64,000 nucleotides of DNA, taken from assembly GCA_045644085.1 (NCBI GenBank), contig JAZRGH010000011.1, positions 2,730-66,729 on the forward strand, in the 5' to 3' direction. Positions 31,357 through 42,149 of the stretch are shown here, one piece after another. The position numbers and the translations under genes are program-made. The notes below the pieces were generated by a model. It saw only the letters and a program-made list of their open reading frames with translations, was not told the DNA's origin and did not search any database. This DNA comes from Alistipes sp. GTDB lineage: Bacteria > Bacteroidota > Bacteroidia > Bacteroidales > Rikenellaceae. Numbering within the stretch: the first letter of the stretch is position 1; every line of letters begins with the position of its first letter.

Positions 31357-32178
31357 CTACTCTCTACCCTTCTTAAAGCCATCGATTACCGATGCCGAGA
31401 TACCCATAGACGAATAACCTCCATCATGATAGAGATTTTGCATCGTAACCTTGCGTGTCAAGTCCGAAAAGAGCGTTACGACATAATCAGCACACTCCTC
31501 GGCTGAGGCATTACCAAGTGGCGAAAGCGCATCAGCATAGCCATACATATCACTCATACCTGCAATACCCTGTCCTGCGGTAGTCATTGTTGGCGACTGC
31601 GAGACAGTATTAACACGCACCTTGCACTTACGGCCATAAATTGCTCCGAATGAGCGCGCTATACTCTCCAACATAGCCTTTGCTTCGGCCATATCGGAAT
31701 ATCCCTCTACGGTACGTTGTGCCGCAATATAAGACAACGCCACCACCGAGCCATACTCCGCCATTGCATCTTTTTCGTAAAGCGCCTGCAACAACTTATG
31801 GAACGACAAAGCCGAGATATCTATCGTCTTCATGTAATTATTGTAATCAAGAGCCTCATAAGGGATATTTTTACGAACATTTGGCGACATTCCTACCGAA
31901 TGAAGCACAAAATCTATCTTTCCTCCGAAATGTTCGAGCGCCTTATCTATCAAATTCTGCAAATCCTCCACCGAAGTTGCATCGGCAGGCACAACGATAG
32001 TTCCACTCTTCTCTGCCAACTTTTGTGTTGCACCGATACGCAGTGCCACAGGCGTATTTGTAAGGATAATTTCCGCTCCCTCTTCTACGGCACGCTCAGC
32101 AACCTTCCAAGCAATCGACTGATCATTCAATGCGCCAAAAATAATACCACGCTTACCTTTCAATAAATTATACGACAT
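31357..32178 (-). CDS. fabI: Enoyl-ACP reductase
   Basis: GIIFGALNDQSIAW, YSDMAEAKAMLES and NLYHDGG motifs. Confidence 0.9.
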   Translation of the reverse strand: MSYNLLKGKRGIIFGALNDQSIAWKVAERAVEEGAEIILTNTPVALRIGATQKLAEKSGTIVVPADATSVEDLQNLIDKALEHFGGKIDFVLHSVGMSPNVRKNIPYEALDYNNYMKTIDISALSFHKLLQALYEKDAMAEYGSVVALSYIAAQRTVEGYSDMAEAKAMLESIARSFGAIYGRKCKVRVNTVSQSPTMTTAGQGIAGMSDMYGYADALSPLGNASAEECADYVVTLFSDLTRKVTMQNLYHDGGYSSMGISASVIDGFKKGRE

Positions 32179-32189
32179 AGTATCTGATT

Positions 32190-33257
32190 TTAATTGTTTA
32201 ACTCTTTTTGATATGCTTCTCGACTCGCTCCCGAAGCAAGTGTTATGCGACCACAATGAGTATAACCCATCTTTCTCAACAACGCACGCATTGCCTTATT
32301 GTCGCAATGAGTATCGATGCGTATATCTGCAACTCCACGTTCAGCACACAGTTCCTCCGCAAAGTACAGAAACTCTTTGGCGATACCCATTCTGCGGCAT
32401 GTGTCCGACACGGCAATTCGATGCACTACTGCATACGAATTATCATTCTTCCACCCCTTACCTTTTATTTCAGAGTATGTCGGTTCACCCGCAAAAGATA
32501 TTACGGCAGTAGCAATCACAACACCATTTAATTCAACAATATAATTTTCGCCACCTAAAATATCACTTAATATCAATTCGCGAGTAGGATAGCCATCTTG
32601 CCATTGATCCACGTTTTGTTTTCGCAGCCAATTTTGAGCATCGGCAACCAGCTCCATCACACGCTCTAAATCACGCTCCTTACCTCTGCGGAAACGAAGG
32701 TTTTTACGAACACCTTTTAGCTGGCGATTTAACTCTTTTTCGCGACCACCCGTAACTTTATTCAACAGAGCATGAAATTCTTTCGAATGGTTATGATGCA
32801 CCGTATGACACAATTCGTGCAGCACCACAAACTCCTGCAAATGAGTCGGCAAAGTCATCAAAAACAACGACAACGACAGATTGTTATGCGAGGTGCAACA
32901 CCCCCATTTTGAACGAGTTGCGCGAATAGTTACACGACCATACGAAAGAGCGTTTTCGCGAGCCAGGCGCTCGACCATAACAGGCAAAACGCGTTTCGCC
33001 TCCTGGCGTAAAGACTCAATCTGCTCAGGCGTATAATCCGCCCCCTGCATAGCTCTTTCGGCAACCCTCTCGCGCATCTGCATCACCCAATCCGCCTTCT
33101 CTTCCAAAAAGCGCAAAGCCTTCGCGGTCGATATAAGACGCGGATACGACAATCGCACCTCGCCCGACGGTTTTACCGAGAGCGAAATGCGACTTGTAGT
33201 CCATCGTTGACGCAATAAAACATCTCCAAGACGAGGATGCTTATATACCTTATCCAT
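32190..33257 (-). CDS. YgjP/DUF45 (M48-like HExxH) domain fused to a GNAT acetyltransferase
   Basis: SKWGCC and HELCHTVHHNHS in the N-terminal half. DQWQDGYP, VHRIAV..RRMGIA and IDTH.DN.AM in the C-terminal half. Confidence 0.82.
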   Translation of the reverse strand: MDKVYKHPRLGDVLLRQRWTTSRISLSVKPSGEVRLSYPRLISTAKALRFLEEKADWVMQMRERVAERAMQGADYTPEQIESLRQEAKRVLPVMVERLARENALSYGRVTIRATRSKWGCCTSHNNLSLSLFLMTLPTHLQEFVVLHELCHTVHHNHSKEFHALLNKVTGGREKELNRQLKGVRKNLRFRRGKERDLERVMELVADAQNWLRKQNVDQWQDGYPTRELILSDILGGENYIVELNGVVIATAVISFAGEPTYSEIKGKGWKNDNSYAVVHRIAVSDTCRRMGIAKEFLYFAEELCAERGVADIRIDTHCDNKAMRALLRKMGYTHCGRITLASGASREAYQKELNN

Positions 33258-33283
33258 TAGCTAAGATAAGAGCTTGTAAATTC

Positions 33284-34015
33284 TTAATTACCAATGCGCT
33301 GACGCACAACCTCATAAATCATAATTGCAGCCGCAGCCGAAACATTCAACGACTCTATTGCTCCAATCATCGGGATTGCAAGTTGCTCATCACACAACTT
33401 CAAAACCTCCTTCGAAATACCGTTCTCCTCCGAGCCCATAACGATAACCGTAGGCTTTGTCAAGTCTGCATCATACATCAACTTGCGGCTATGCTCCGTA
33501 GCGGCAACAATCTGAAAGCCATCGGCTTGCAACGACTTCAAAGTATTGCGAATTGAGCCTACGCGAGCCACCGGAATACGGGTTAAAGCACCCGCTGACG
33601 AGCGGATAGACTCTGCATTTACCGGAGCCGAGTTTTTCAACGACGAGATAATGCCGTGAGCACCTGCGCACTCCGCAGAACGTGCGATACCACCGAAGTT
33701 ACGCACATCGGTAACATTGTCAAATACGATAATAAGCGGGGTTTCGTCCTCGGGCACACGATCCAAGATATCCTGCACCTCTACATACTCGATAGCGGCA
33801 ATAACTGCCACTACACCCTGGTGATTACCGCGAGTCATACGATTCAACTTTTCGACAGGCACCTCCTGATAGTGGCGACGATGGCGATAGCAAAGGTCCT
33901 TCAAGTCGGTCATTAGCTGACCTTCGGCACCCTTGCGGATATAAATCTTCTCAATGTGCTTGCCCGACTCGATAGCCTCGGCTACGGGGCGAATACCAAA
34001 AACGATATTTTCCAT
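33284..34015 (-). CDS. rlmB: 23S rRNA (guanosine-2'-O)-methyltransferase
   Basis: NHQGVVA, DVRNFGGIARSA, GSEENG and SLNVS SPOUT motifs. Confidence 0.92.
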   Translation of the reverse strand: MENIVFGIRPVAEAIESGKHIEKIYIRKGAEGQLMTDLKDLCYRHRRHYQEVPVEKLNRMTRGNHQGVVAVIAAIEYVEVQDILDRVPEDETPLIIVFDNVTDVRNFGGIARSAECAGAHGIISSLKNSAPVNAESIRSSAGALTRIPVARVGSIRNTLKSLQADGFQIVAATEHSRKLMYDADLTKPTVIVMGSEENGISKEVLKLCDEQLAIPMIGAIESLNVSAAAAIMIYEVVRQRIGN

Positions 34016-34016
34016 A

Positions 34017-35948
34017 TTATTGCTGTTCTGTTATTTCCACTTCATACGACGCCTTCTCCCACTCGTGCATCAAGTGGTCATAGCGTCCCTTCAATTCATC
34101 ATACGCCTTGTAATCGTCGGCGTTATAGTCGGTTGCCGTAGCAAAACGAGCATCATACTCAGCAATTTTCTGCTCCACATCAGCCAACTCCGACTCAATC
34201 ATCTCCACATTTTTACGGAGTTTACGCAACAACTTTTCCTGCTCCTTCTTCTGCTCATAGGAGAGTTTGCCCGACGACGCAGGCTCACCCTTTGTCGCAG
34301 CGACCACAGGCGCTTTGCGTTCTATTTCGTGCAAATTTTCAAGTTTACGCTTTTCGAGGAAGTAGTAGATACCACCCAAGTACTCACGCACTCCCCCATC
34401 ACGGAATTCGTAAACCTTATCGACAATACCATCGAGAAACTCTCTATCGTGCGACACAACCACAACCGTTCCGTCGAACTTCTGCAATGCAGTTTTAAGG
34501 ATATCCTTCGAGCGCATATCCATATGGTTAGTAGGCTCGTCGAGAATCAGCAAGTTGTGAGGTTCGAGCATCATTCTCGCCATTGCCAGGCGCGAGCGCT
34601 CGCCACCCGAAAGCACCTTAACCTTCTTATCGATATCCTCGCCACGGAACAAGAATGCACCAAGAATATCGCGCAGACGAGTACGAATATCGCCCACAGC
34701 CACTCTGTCGAGCGTATCATAGACGGTAAACTCGCCATTCATCAAGTCGTCCTGATTCTGCGCATAGTAGCCGATGCTTACATTTGCACCAATCTTTATC
34801 TCACCCTCCGACTGTTCCAACTCACCAATCAACATACGGGCAAAGGTAGTCTTACCCTCACCATTTCGGCCTACGAGAGCTATTTTATCGCCCTTATGAA
34901 TGGTAAACTCCGCACCCGAGAATACACGATGATCGCCAAAAGCCTTACCTACGCCCTTGATGTCGGCAACAATCTGTCCGGAACGTGGTGCCGGTGGGAA
35001 TTTTATGTTTAGAGTCGCCAAATCCTCCTCCTCGACCTCGATGCGTTCCAACTTATCGAGCTGCTTGATACGTGACTGCACCTGGTTCGACTTGGTAGGT
35101 TTATAGCGGAACTTCTCGATAAACTCCTCACTCTTTTCGATCAGGCGTTGCTGATTTTGATATGCGGCCAACTGCTGCGCTCTACGCTCGGCACGGAGGG
35201 TTACGAAGTGCGAATATGGCACCTTGTAGTCATAAATCTTACCCAGCGAAAGCTCGATTGTGCGAGTGGTTACATTATCGAGGAAAGCACGGTCATGCGA
35301 AATGAGAAGCACTGCACCATTGTAGCTTTTCAAATACTCCTCCAACCACTGAATAGACTCGATGTCGAGGTGGTTAGTAGGCTCATCGAGCAAGAATATC
35401 GAAGGTCGACGCAAGAGCAACTTCGCCAACTCAATACGCATACGCCAACCGCCCGAGAACTCGCGTGTAGGTTTTTCGAACTCCTCACGACGGAAGCCCA
35501 AACCGAGCAGAGTCTTCTCGATATCGGCATCACGGGTATCTCCACCGAGGATATGGTAGCGGTCATTCGCATCGTTCAAGCGATGCAACAACTTCTCGTA
35601 TTCTTCGCTCTCGTAATCGGTGCGTACCGCAATCTCGGCAGTCAATCGCTCGATTTCAGCCTCGATTGCCAACACCTCCTCGAATGCCTTTGCCGTTTCG
35701 GCAAGGAGTGTCGTAGTATCGGCCACCTGCATCTGTTGTGGCAAGTAGCCTATCGTGCAGTCGGCATTTTTGGTTACAGCACCAGAGGTGGGCTGTTGCA
35801 AGCCTGCAATAAGTTTCAGAATTGTGGTTTTACCCGCTCCGTTCTTGCCGACAAGACCGATGCGTTCCTTCGGATTTACGAGGAATGAAATTCCATCAAA
35901 CAAGGTCCAACCGCCAAAACTTACGGTGAGGTTATCAATAGATATCAT
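34017..35948 (-). CDS. ABC-F family ATPase
   Basis: Two ABC cassettes (GKNGAGKT, FSGGW, LDEPTNHLD; GRNGEGKT, LSGGE). No TM segments. Confidence 0.95.
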   Translation of the reverse strand: MISIDNLTVSFGGWTLFDGISFLVNPKERIGLVGKNGAGKTTILKLIAGLQQPTSGAVTKNADCTIGYLPQQMQVADTTTLLAETAKAFEEVLAIEAEIERLTAEIAVRTDYESEEYEKLLHRLNDANDRYHILGGDTRDADIEKTLLGLGFRREEFEKPTREFSGGWRMRIELAKLLLRRPSIFLLDEPTNHLDIESIQWLEEYLKSYNGAVLLISHDRAFLDNVTTRTIELSLGKIYDYKVPYSHFVTLRAERRAQQLAAYQNQQRLIEKSEEFIEKFRYKPTKSNQVQSRIKQLDKLERIEVEEEDLATLNIKFPPAPRSGQIVADIKGVGKAFGDHRVFSGAEFTIHKGDKIALVGRNGEGKTTFARMLIGELEQSEGEIKIGANVSIGYYAQNQDDLMNGEFTVYDTLDRVAVGDIRTRLRDILGAFLFRGEDIDKKVKVLSGGERSRLAMARMMLEPHNLLILDEPTNHMDMRSKDILKTALQKFDGTVVVVSHDREFLDGIVDKVYEFRDGGVREYLGGIYYFLEKRKLENLHEIERKAPVVAATKGEPASSGKLSYEQKKEQEKLLRKLRKNVEMIESELADVEQKIAEYDARFATATDYNADDYKAYDELKGRYDHLMHEWEKASYEVEITEQQ

Positions 35949-36595
35949 TATGCGTTCAAAATATCAATTATAGCCTGTTCCTGATTTTCGGCACCGAACA
36001 CCGACGAACCTGCCACTACGGCATCAACACCTGCATCGAATACCTCCTTTGCATTCTTTGCCGAGATGCCGCCGTCAATCTCAATCAGGCAGCTGTAACC
36101 CTTCTCGTCAATCTCCTTGCGCAGTGCTCGCACCTTATCGAGCGACGCAGGCATAAACGACTGACCGCCAAAGCCCGGCTCTACACTCATCACAAGCACC
36201 AAGTCCAACTCCGAAAGGTAGTCGGAAATAGCCTCGGCAGGGGTTGCAGGCTTAATGCTCACACCCGCCTTTGCTCCCGCAGTCTTAATCTCGGCAATCG
36301 TAGCGCGAGGATCGGCACACGCCTCGTGATGAAATGTTACATAGTCAGCACCAGCCTCCACAAAACGCTTCACATATCTCTCTGGCTCTACAATCATCAG
36401 GTGGACATCAAGCACTTTGTTTGTCGCCTTGCGCACAGGCTTCATCACAGGAAAACCAAACGAAATATTGGGCACAAATACGCCGTCCATAACGTCGATA
36501 TGCACCCACTCGGCTTGCGAGCGATCAATCATTTTGATATCTCTTTCGAGGTTGCCGAAATCGGCAGAAAGTATCGATGGAGCAACTATTCTCAT
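35948..36595 (-). CDS. rpe: Ribulose-phosphate 3-epimerase
   Basis: APSILSADF, HIDVMDG, MSVEPGFGGQ and IDGG motifs. Confidence 0.97.
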   Translation of the reverse strand: MRIVAPSILSADFGNLERDIKMIDRSQAEWVHIDVMDGVFVPNISFGFPVMKPVRKATNKVLDVHLMIVEPERYVKRFVEAGADYVTFHHEACADPRATIAEIKTAGAKAGVSIKPATPAEAISDYLSELDLVLVMSVEPGFGGQSFMPASLDKVRALRKEIDEKGYSCLIEIDGGISAKNAKEVFDAGVDAVVAGSSVFGAENQEQAIIDILNA

Positions 36596-36615
36596 ACTCT
36601 TTTTCTATTTTTTTG

Positions 36616-36662
36616 CAAAAATAGGAAAATAAACTGAAAACGAAAAGCGGAAAACGGAAAAC
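36616..36662 (-). promoter_or_regulatory. -7 box (TATTTTTG, 36616-36623) with upstream 7-bp array (36634-36661)
   Basis: + strand reads ctgaaaa|cgaaaag|cggaaaa|cggaaaa. Confidence 0.6.
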
Positions 36663-36706
36663 TTTTATTGTAATGGCATTAGCCGCCATTCAATACCATT
36701 TTTCGC

Positions 36707-37183
36707 CTACAACTCCTTGCGATATAGCATAGCATCAACAACCTCAAAACCCACTTTTTTGAAGAGCGAAATGCTTGGTAAATTTTCGGGGAATATATTG
36801 GCATAAAGGGTGTGCACACCAAGCGATTCGGCGTAAGAAATAGCAAGTCGCAACGCATTTTCAGCAAAGCCTTTACGTCGATTATCTAAATCAAAGATTA
36901 AGATTGAGACAAACGCCTTTTCGCCATCGTATTCGGTGAGGTCGAGAGCACCCAAACATTCGCCTTCATGAGAGCAAATCATCAGTCGCAACTGCTCGTT
37001 TTCGGCAAGCGAATAGCGTTGTTGATTTTCGACAAATTGCACCACATCTTCACGGGTGTACTCCTCATCATAGACACCATAAAGAGGCTCCGCCGAGGAG
37101 TTCTCCCATAAAAGGATAGTGTCGATATCCGAAGAATCGACACTACGCAAAATTATCTTTTCGCCCTCAATGCGAACATTCAT
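36707..37183 (-). CDS. GNAT (RimJ/SpeG-like) N-acetyltransferase
   Basis: ILRSV, RRKGFA and N.PSISLFKKVGF motifs. Confidence 0.85.
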   Translation of the reverse strand: MNVRIEGEKIILRSVDSSDIDTILLWENSSAEPLYGVYDEEYTREDVVQFVENQQRYSLAENEQLRLMICSHEGECLGALDLTEYDGEKAFVSILIFDLDNRRKGFAENALRLAISYAESLGVHTLYANIFPENLPSISLFKKVGFEVVDAMLYRKEL

Positions 37184-37194
37184 AGCGAATAAGT

Positions 37195-38415
37195 TTACAA
37201 ACCGATAACCAGGTTACGCATCAACATTGCAACACCCCACGCATTGGCATTTGCACCCAACTTCGACACGCGGAACTTGGTATCCTTATAGACCAAACTC
37301 AATGAGTATTTGTTAGTTGCAGACTTCAACGGAAGCATTATATAATCTCCCGCAGCTGCGAGGTTACCTCCCACAATAACACTCTCTGGATTGAAGATGT
37401 TAATCAAGAACGCCACAGCCTTGCCGACCTTCTCGCCGGCCTCTTCGATAAGTTCGATAGAGAGGTTATCGTCATTGCAAGCGGCATTTACGATGTCGTT
37501 GATATGAATCTGCTCCTTTGCCTCGTAGCGCTTACGGAGAATAGTATTTGCGCCGTTACGCACCAACTCGTTCATCTTCTCCTCGATGGCAATACCCGAC
37601 ACCTCGGTTTCAAGACAGCCCTTCTTACCACAGAAGCAGATCTTCTCGTTATCGAAGAACGGAATATGACCGAACTCGCCCGCAAAGCCATTCTTACCAT
37701 AATACAATTTACCATCGCTCACGATACCAATCGCAACACCCAAACCGAGGTGAAGATAGATAACATTACTCTCTGTCTTTGAGCGCGAGAAGTTGTATTC
37801 GGCATAGCAACGAGCACGAGTATCGTTCTCAACCAACACACGCAAGCCTACCCTGCTCTCGATAATTTCGCGCAACGACTCGTCAAGCGATGTAAAGTAG
37901 TGGAATGAACGGCCCTCCGAGGTATTTACACGACCTACGATACAGACTCCCAGGCCGAGAATCTTTGAGCGATCACAGTCACACTCGTCAAGGAACTTAT
38001 TTATATTAGAACAAATCGTGCCAAGACACTGTTCTCTGTCCACCAATTCAAAATCATCAAACACTGACTCGCAGACGAGATTATTCTGCATATCGGTAAT
38101 CACGCAAGTCATGCTGTCACGACCAACATGAACACCCGCAAAATAGAGCGTCGAACATGTCAAGCCATAGACATTAGGACGGCGACCACCAGACGTTTCA
38201 ACCTTGCCCAAATCCGAAACAATATCCTCGTCAACCAACTCTTGAACGAGTTTGGTCATCGTAGGGATACTTATCTTTAACTCCTTGGTAAGTTCGGCGA
38301 GCGTCACTTCACCATTCGTAACCATATAAGCGATAATATTTCGCTTGATAAGATTATTCTTATGCGACAAACCTTTGTCGGTTTGATTATTGAAAAAATC
38401 AATCAAAGAGCTCAT
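37195..38415 (-). CDS. ROK-family transcriptional regulator
   Basis: N-terminal HTH, SGGRRP, ENDTRA, AGEFGH and CFCGKKGCLE motifs. Confidence 0.92.
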   Translation of the reverse strand: MSSLIDFFNNQTDKGLSHKNNLIKRNIIAYMVTNGEVTLAELTKELKISIPTMTKLVQELVDEDIVSDLGKVETSGGRRPNVYGLTCSTLYFAGVHVGRDSMTCVITDMQNNLVCESVFDDFELVDREQCLGTICSNINKFLDECDCDRSKILGLGVCIVGRVNTSEGRSFHYFTSLDESLREIIESRVGLRVLVENDTRARCYAEYNFSRSKTESNVIYLHLGLGVAIGIVSDGKLYYGKNGFAGEFGHIPFFDNEKICFCGKKGCLETEVSGIAIEEKMNELVRNGANTILRKRYEAKEQIHINDIVNAACNDDNLSIELIEEAGEKVGKAVAFLINIFNPESVIVGGNLAAAGDYIMLPLKSATNKYSLSLVYKDTKFRVSKLGANANAWGVAMLMRNLVIGL

Positions 38416-38514
38416 TATCTTCCATTATTTTTAACTAACCTAATGCAAAGATAATAAAAAAAGGCGAAGATTATCCGCCTTTGTTAAATTTTTTTCAAAA
38501 AATATTTATAATTT

Positions 38515-39396
38515 TCAAAAAATAGCCTTGCTTTCAACCCCTGCTTCGGGTGAAATTTTACGAATTAAGCCCTGCAACACCGTTCCGGGACCAAGTTCCA
38601 CAAAGTCGGTTACGCCATCAGCGGTCATTCGCTCAACAATCTGAGTCCAACGTACCGGAGCCGTAAGTTGCGCTATCAGATTCGCCTTAATCTCTTCTGG
38701 CGAGGTGTGAGGCAACGCATCTACATTTTGATATATAGGACAACAAGGCGCTTTAAAATCGGCAGCCTCGATAGCCGCTGCCAACTCCTTGCGCGCAGGT
38801 TCCATAAGTGGCGAGTGGAATGCTCCACCCACAGGCAAGACCAAAGCTCGACGCGCACCGGCCTCTTTCAACTTTACGCACGCCTCATTTACAGCATCTA
38901 CGGCCCCCGAAATAACGAGCTGTCCCGGACAGTTATAATTAGCCGCAACAACCACACCTTCAACGCTTTCGCAGATTTGCTCAATGGTAGAATCCGGCAA
39001 TGCCAACACCGCTGCCATAGTACCATTCTCGATCTCGCATGCCTCCTGCATAGCCATTGCTCGTTTAGCAACAAGTTGCAAGCCGTCTTCAAACGACAAC
39101 GCTCCTGCTACAACCAATGCCGAGAACTCGCCGAGCGAGTGTCCCGCAACTGCCGACGGCTCAACCCCAAGCGTCTTTGCCAACACCACAGAGTGAAGAA
39201 AAACGGCAGGCTGGGTAACCTTCGTCTGCTTCAAATCTTCGGAAGAACCTTCAAACATTACATCGGTAATACGAAAGCCGAGAATCGCATTTGCCTTCTC
39301 GAACATTTCGCGAGCAGCCTCACTATTTTCGTAGAGTTCCTTGCCCATTCCGCAATACTGCGCCCCTTGACCAGGAAAAACACACGCTTTTTTCAT
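38515..39396 (-). CDS. fabD: Malonyl-CoA:ACP transacylase
   Basis: FPGQGAQ, GHSLGE and GAFHS motifs. Confidence 0.96.
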   Translation of the reverse strand: MKKACVFPGQGAQYCGMGKELYENSEAAREMFEKANAILGFRITDVMFEGSSEDLKQTKVTQPAVFLHSVVLAKTLGVEPSAVAGHSLGEFSALVVAGALSFEDGLQLVAKRAMAMQEACEIENGTMAAVLALPDSTIEQICESVEGVVVAANYNCPGQLVISGAVDAVNEACVKLKEAGARRALVLPVGGAFHSPLMEPARKELAAAIEAADFKAPCCPIYQNVDALPHTSPEEIKANLIAQLTAPVRWTQIVERMTADGVTDFVELGPGTVLQGLIRKISPEAGVESKAIF

Positions 39397-39430
39397 AGCA
39401 TCAGAATTAAAATTATCGTCAAAAACTTTG

Positions 39431-39458
39431 CAAATATAGTAAAAAAGAGATAATTTTG
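39431..39458. promoter_or_regulatory. Divergent -7 boxes (fabD / phosphoesterase pair)
   Basis: TATATTTG on - strand (39431-39438) and TAATTTTG on + strand (39451-39458). Confidence 0.6.
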
Positions 39459-39497
39459 CGCAGTTATAATAAAATTATAAAAAAATCACATCTAATC

Positions 39498-42098
39498 ATG
39501 AAGCTTAAATTCAATCTTTGGGTTACACTCTTCGCTATGGCGATTATTGCAACAACATCGTGCACCGTCGATAGTTCCCAAACTCAGGAAGAGGACAAAT
39601 TACACGTTAAAATCACACAACTTGCATCTTCGACAACAGGTGTTACAATCTCTTGGGTTGACGACAAAGGCGACAACAAGAACTACACGCTCAAAGTCTT
39701 TTCTGATGCAGATTGCAAAGTATTACACCAAGAATACACATTGACATTCAACGATGGCGAGGAGAAGAAATTTTCCGTTCCTTACTTGGATTGCGCACAA
39801 AAATACTACATCTGCGTAGAGAATATTTTGGGTTACAAATCTAAACCATTCGAGATTTCTCTCTCTGCATCGCCTATCCGCCGAGAGGTTTTATCACAAA
39901 ACTTCGACAACTTATTCTGGGGTTACGATTATATCAACTTGGCTCACGGAGTTATTTTGTCGGAAGATAAAAAGCCGAACACCTATATCGTTGATAATCT
40001 ATTGGACGCCAGAGCAGATTCGTATCCTACCACAAAAGTAGATGACAATGGTGGTTTGCTCTTCAAATACCGTCCATCAATGCGCGAATTAATGGGCTTT
40101 GAGGGTTGGCCTACCGACAAGAACAAAGATGTACGCATACTTCCTGGATATGTAAAGCTCGGAACCGCATACGAAATTGGAAGATTATTCTCGCCTGCAT
40201 TCGCTACTCTCGAAGACAAGGCAGAAAACCTCGACATCAGTTTCAGCGCATGTATATTCAGCAAGACTTTGCAGGCTGAGGGTGGCCAGGTTGTAGCATC
40301 TATCGTAAAAGCCGACGGAACAGTATTCAAGACAAAGACATTTAACCTTAAAAGTGTAAACGGCAAGCCTTCATGGAGCAACTTCTCGTTTTCAGCGGAG
40401 GGCGTTACATCGGACTGCTGTTTAGAGATTAAATCTACCGAAGCAAGTAAGCAGATTTGCATCGACAACATCAAAGTTGTACGACACCTAAATATTCAAG
40501 AAGGTTACATCTACGGCTACACCTATGACAGATCAACCGGCAAGCCGGTAAAAGACGTTGTTATCAGCGACGGCTTTACATGTACAACCACCGACCAAGA
40601 TGGTTTATACACATTTAAACCACACGTAGATGCTTGGTATGTGTTCTACTCGGTTCCATCGAACTGCAACGTCGTAAAGAGTGCTCATGGTCCATCATTC
40701 TACACTCGTTTATCACCAAGCAATAACGAGTACAACTTCGAATTGAGAGTTCGCCCTGAGGGCCCGGAGGAGAGTTTCGCGCTCTTCGCTTTTGCCGATC
40801 CTCAGGTTGCATCGGATACCAATCTCAAACGATTCAAGAAGGAGGCTGTTCCAGCGATTAGGTACCATGCACAATCATTGAATATTCCATGCTACGGAAT
40901 AACTTTGGGTGATATTGTATCATCGTCTGACACCTCTAACACCATCGGATATATGGAGCCGATGCGAGAGGCTATGCTTAACTCTGAAATTGGAATGCCT
41001 GTATTCCAAGTTATGGGCAACCACGATTGTATTCCATTCTCAAAGGATAACCCAATGCCGACTGAGCCGGATAGTCAAGGTAGCAACTTCGAAATTAAGG
41101 CTCAACGAGCATTCGAGGGAGTATTTGGTCCTATCAACTACTCATTCAATCGCGGAAATGTTCATATCGTAGGTATGCGAGATATAATCTACTCTAAAAA
41201 CACAACTACCAGCGATTATGTTACCGGATTCCTCAAAGAGCAGTATGAGTGGTTAAAACAGGACTTGGATCTCGTACCAAAAGATAAGATGGTCGTATTG
41301 TGTGTCCATAGCCCATTGTATTCCAAAGTTAAAAATAGCGGAGAGAAGGGCCACTACATAAAGGAAGTTCACGAGTTGCTTGACGAGTTTGCCGAGGCGC
41401 ACATTCTTTCGGGACACATTCACACACAAACCAATCACGAGCACGAAGATTACAACATCTACGAGCATAATATGGCTGCTGTATGTGGTGCTTGGTGGGC
41501 ATCTAACCTCAGCGGAGATGGCTGTCCAAACGGATATGGCGTATTTGTTGGCAAGGGCAACACCTTCTCGGATTGGTACTACATGGGCTATTCGAAGGGA
41601 ATGGATTCCCGAGAGCACCAGATGCGACTATATCGCGGAAATGCTATCACAGGTGGTCCAAAAAACAAAAATAAAAATTCGGGATATTATCAGTTTAATT
41701 TCGGAGATGATGTATTGTTAGCAAATGTATACAATGCAGATAATTCTTGGAAGATAGAGGTCTACGAAGACGATATATACTCCGGCGACATGGAAAAGGT
41801 CGATGCTACTGAGGTAGCATTCAGTACATTGATTGGCGATGGTTCAATCGATGATCCATATCGTATCGAGGATGACATCGAAGCAAGATATGAGATGTGG
41901 GTTGCTGGAATTCACTTAGGCTTAGGCACTTCTGTCAAATCAGCTACAGGTTGGACATCTTGCAAACACCTCTATAAGTACACCCTAAACGACCCTTCGG
42001 CAAAGATAAAGGTTGTAGCAATTGACCGTTTTGGAACCGAATACACCGAAACAAAACTTACCGATTATCAAGACAACGATATTGCGTATAAACCATAA
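39498..42098 (+). CDS. Lipoprotein with N-terminal beta-rich domains and a C-terminal calcineurin-like phosphoesterase
   Basis: Lipobox-like TTSC. VVISDG (MetallophosN), FADPQ, LGD, GNHD, GHIH, CGAWW and DGCPNGY motifs. Confidence 0.82.
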   Translation: MKLKFNLWVTLFAMAIIATTSCTVDSSQTQEEDKLHVKITQLASSTTGVTISWVDDKGDNKNYTLKVFSDADCKVLHQEYTLTFNDGEEKKFSVPYLDCAQKYYICVENILGYKSKPFEISLSASPIRREVLSQNFDNLFWGYDYINLAHGVILSEDKKPNTYIVDNLLDARADSYPTTKVDDNGGLLFKYRPSMRELMGFEGWPTDKNKDVRILPGYVKLGTAYEIGRLFSPAFATLEDKAENLDISFSACIFSKTLQAEGGQVVASIVKADGTVFKTKTFNLKSVNGKPSWSNFSFSAEGVTSDCCLEIKSTEASKQICIDNIKVVRHLNIQEGYIYGYTYDRSTGKPVKDVVISDGFTCTTTDQDGLYTFKPHVDAWYVFYSVPSNCNVVKSAHGPSFYTRLSPSNNEYNFELRVRPEGPEESFALFAFADPQVASDTNLKRFKKEAVPAIRYHAQSLNIPCYGITLGDIVSSSDTSNTIGYMEPMREAMLNSEIGMPVFQVMGNHDCIPFSKDNPMPTEPDSQGSNFEIKAQRAFEGVFGPINYSFNRGNVHIVGMRDIIYSKNTTTSDYVTGFLKEQYEWLKQDLDLVPKDKMVVLCVHSPLYSKVKNSGEKGHYIKEVHELLDEFAEAHILSGHIHTQTNHEHEDYNIYEHNMAAVCGAWWASNLSGDGCPNGYGVFVGKGNTFSDWYYMGYSKGMDSREHQMRLYRGNAITGGPKNKNKNSGYYQFNFGDDVLLANVYNADNSWKIEVYEDDIYSGDMEKVDATEVAFSTLIGDGSIDDPYRIEDDIEARYEMWVAGIHLGLGTSVKSATGWTSCKHLYKYTLNDPSAKIKVVAIDRFGTEYTETKLTDYQDNDIAYKP

Positions 42099-42149
42099 AT
42101 ATTAAGTTGAGGTATTTCCCTCGCGCTATTATAACCTATTATAACAAAG

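Noticed and set aside
33954-35888. Long + strand ORFs (352 aa and 246 aa) opposite the ABC-F gene
   Set aside because: Antisense shadow frames of a conserved gene, with no recognisable motifs.
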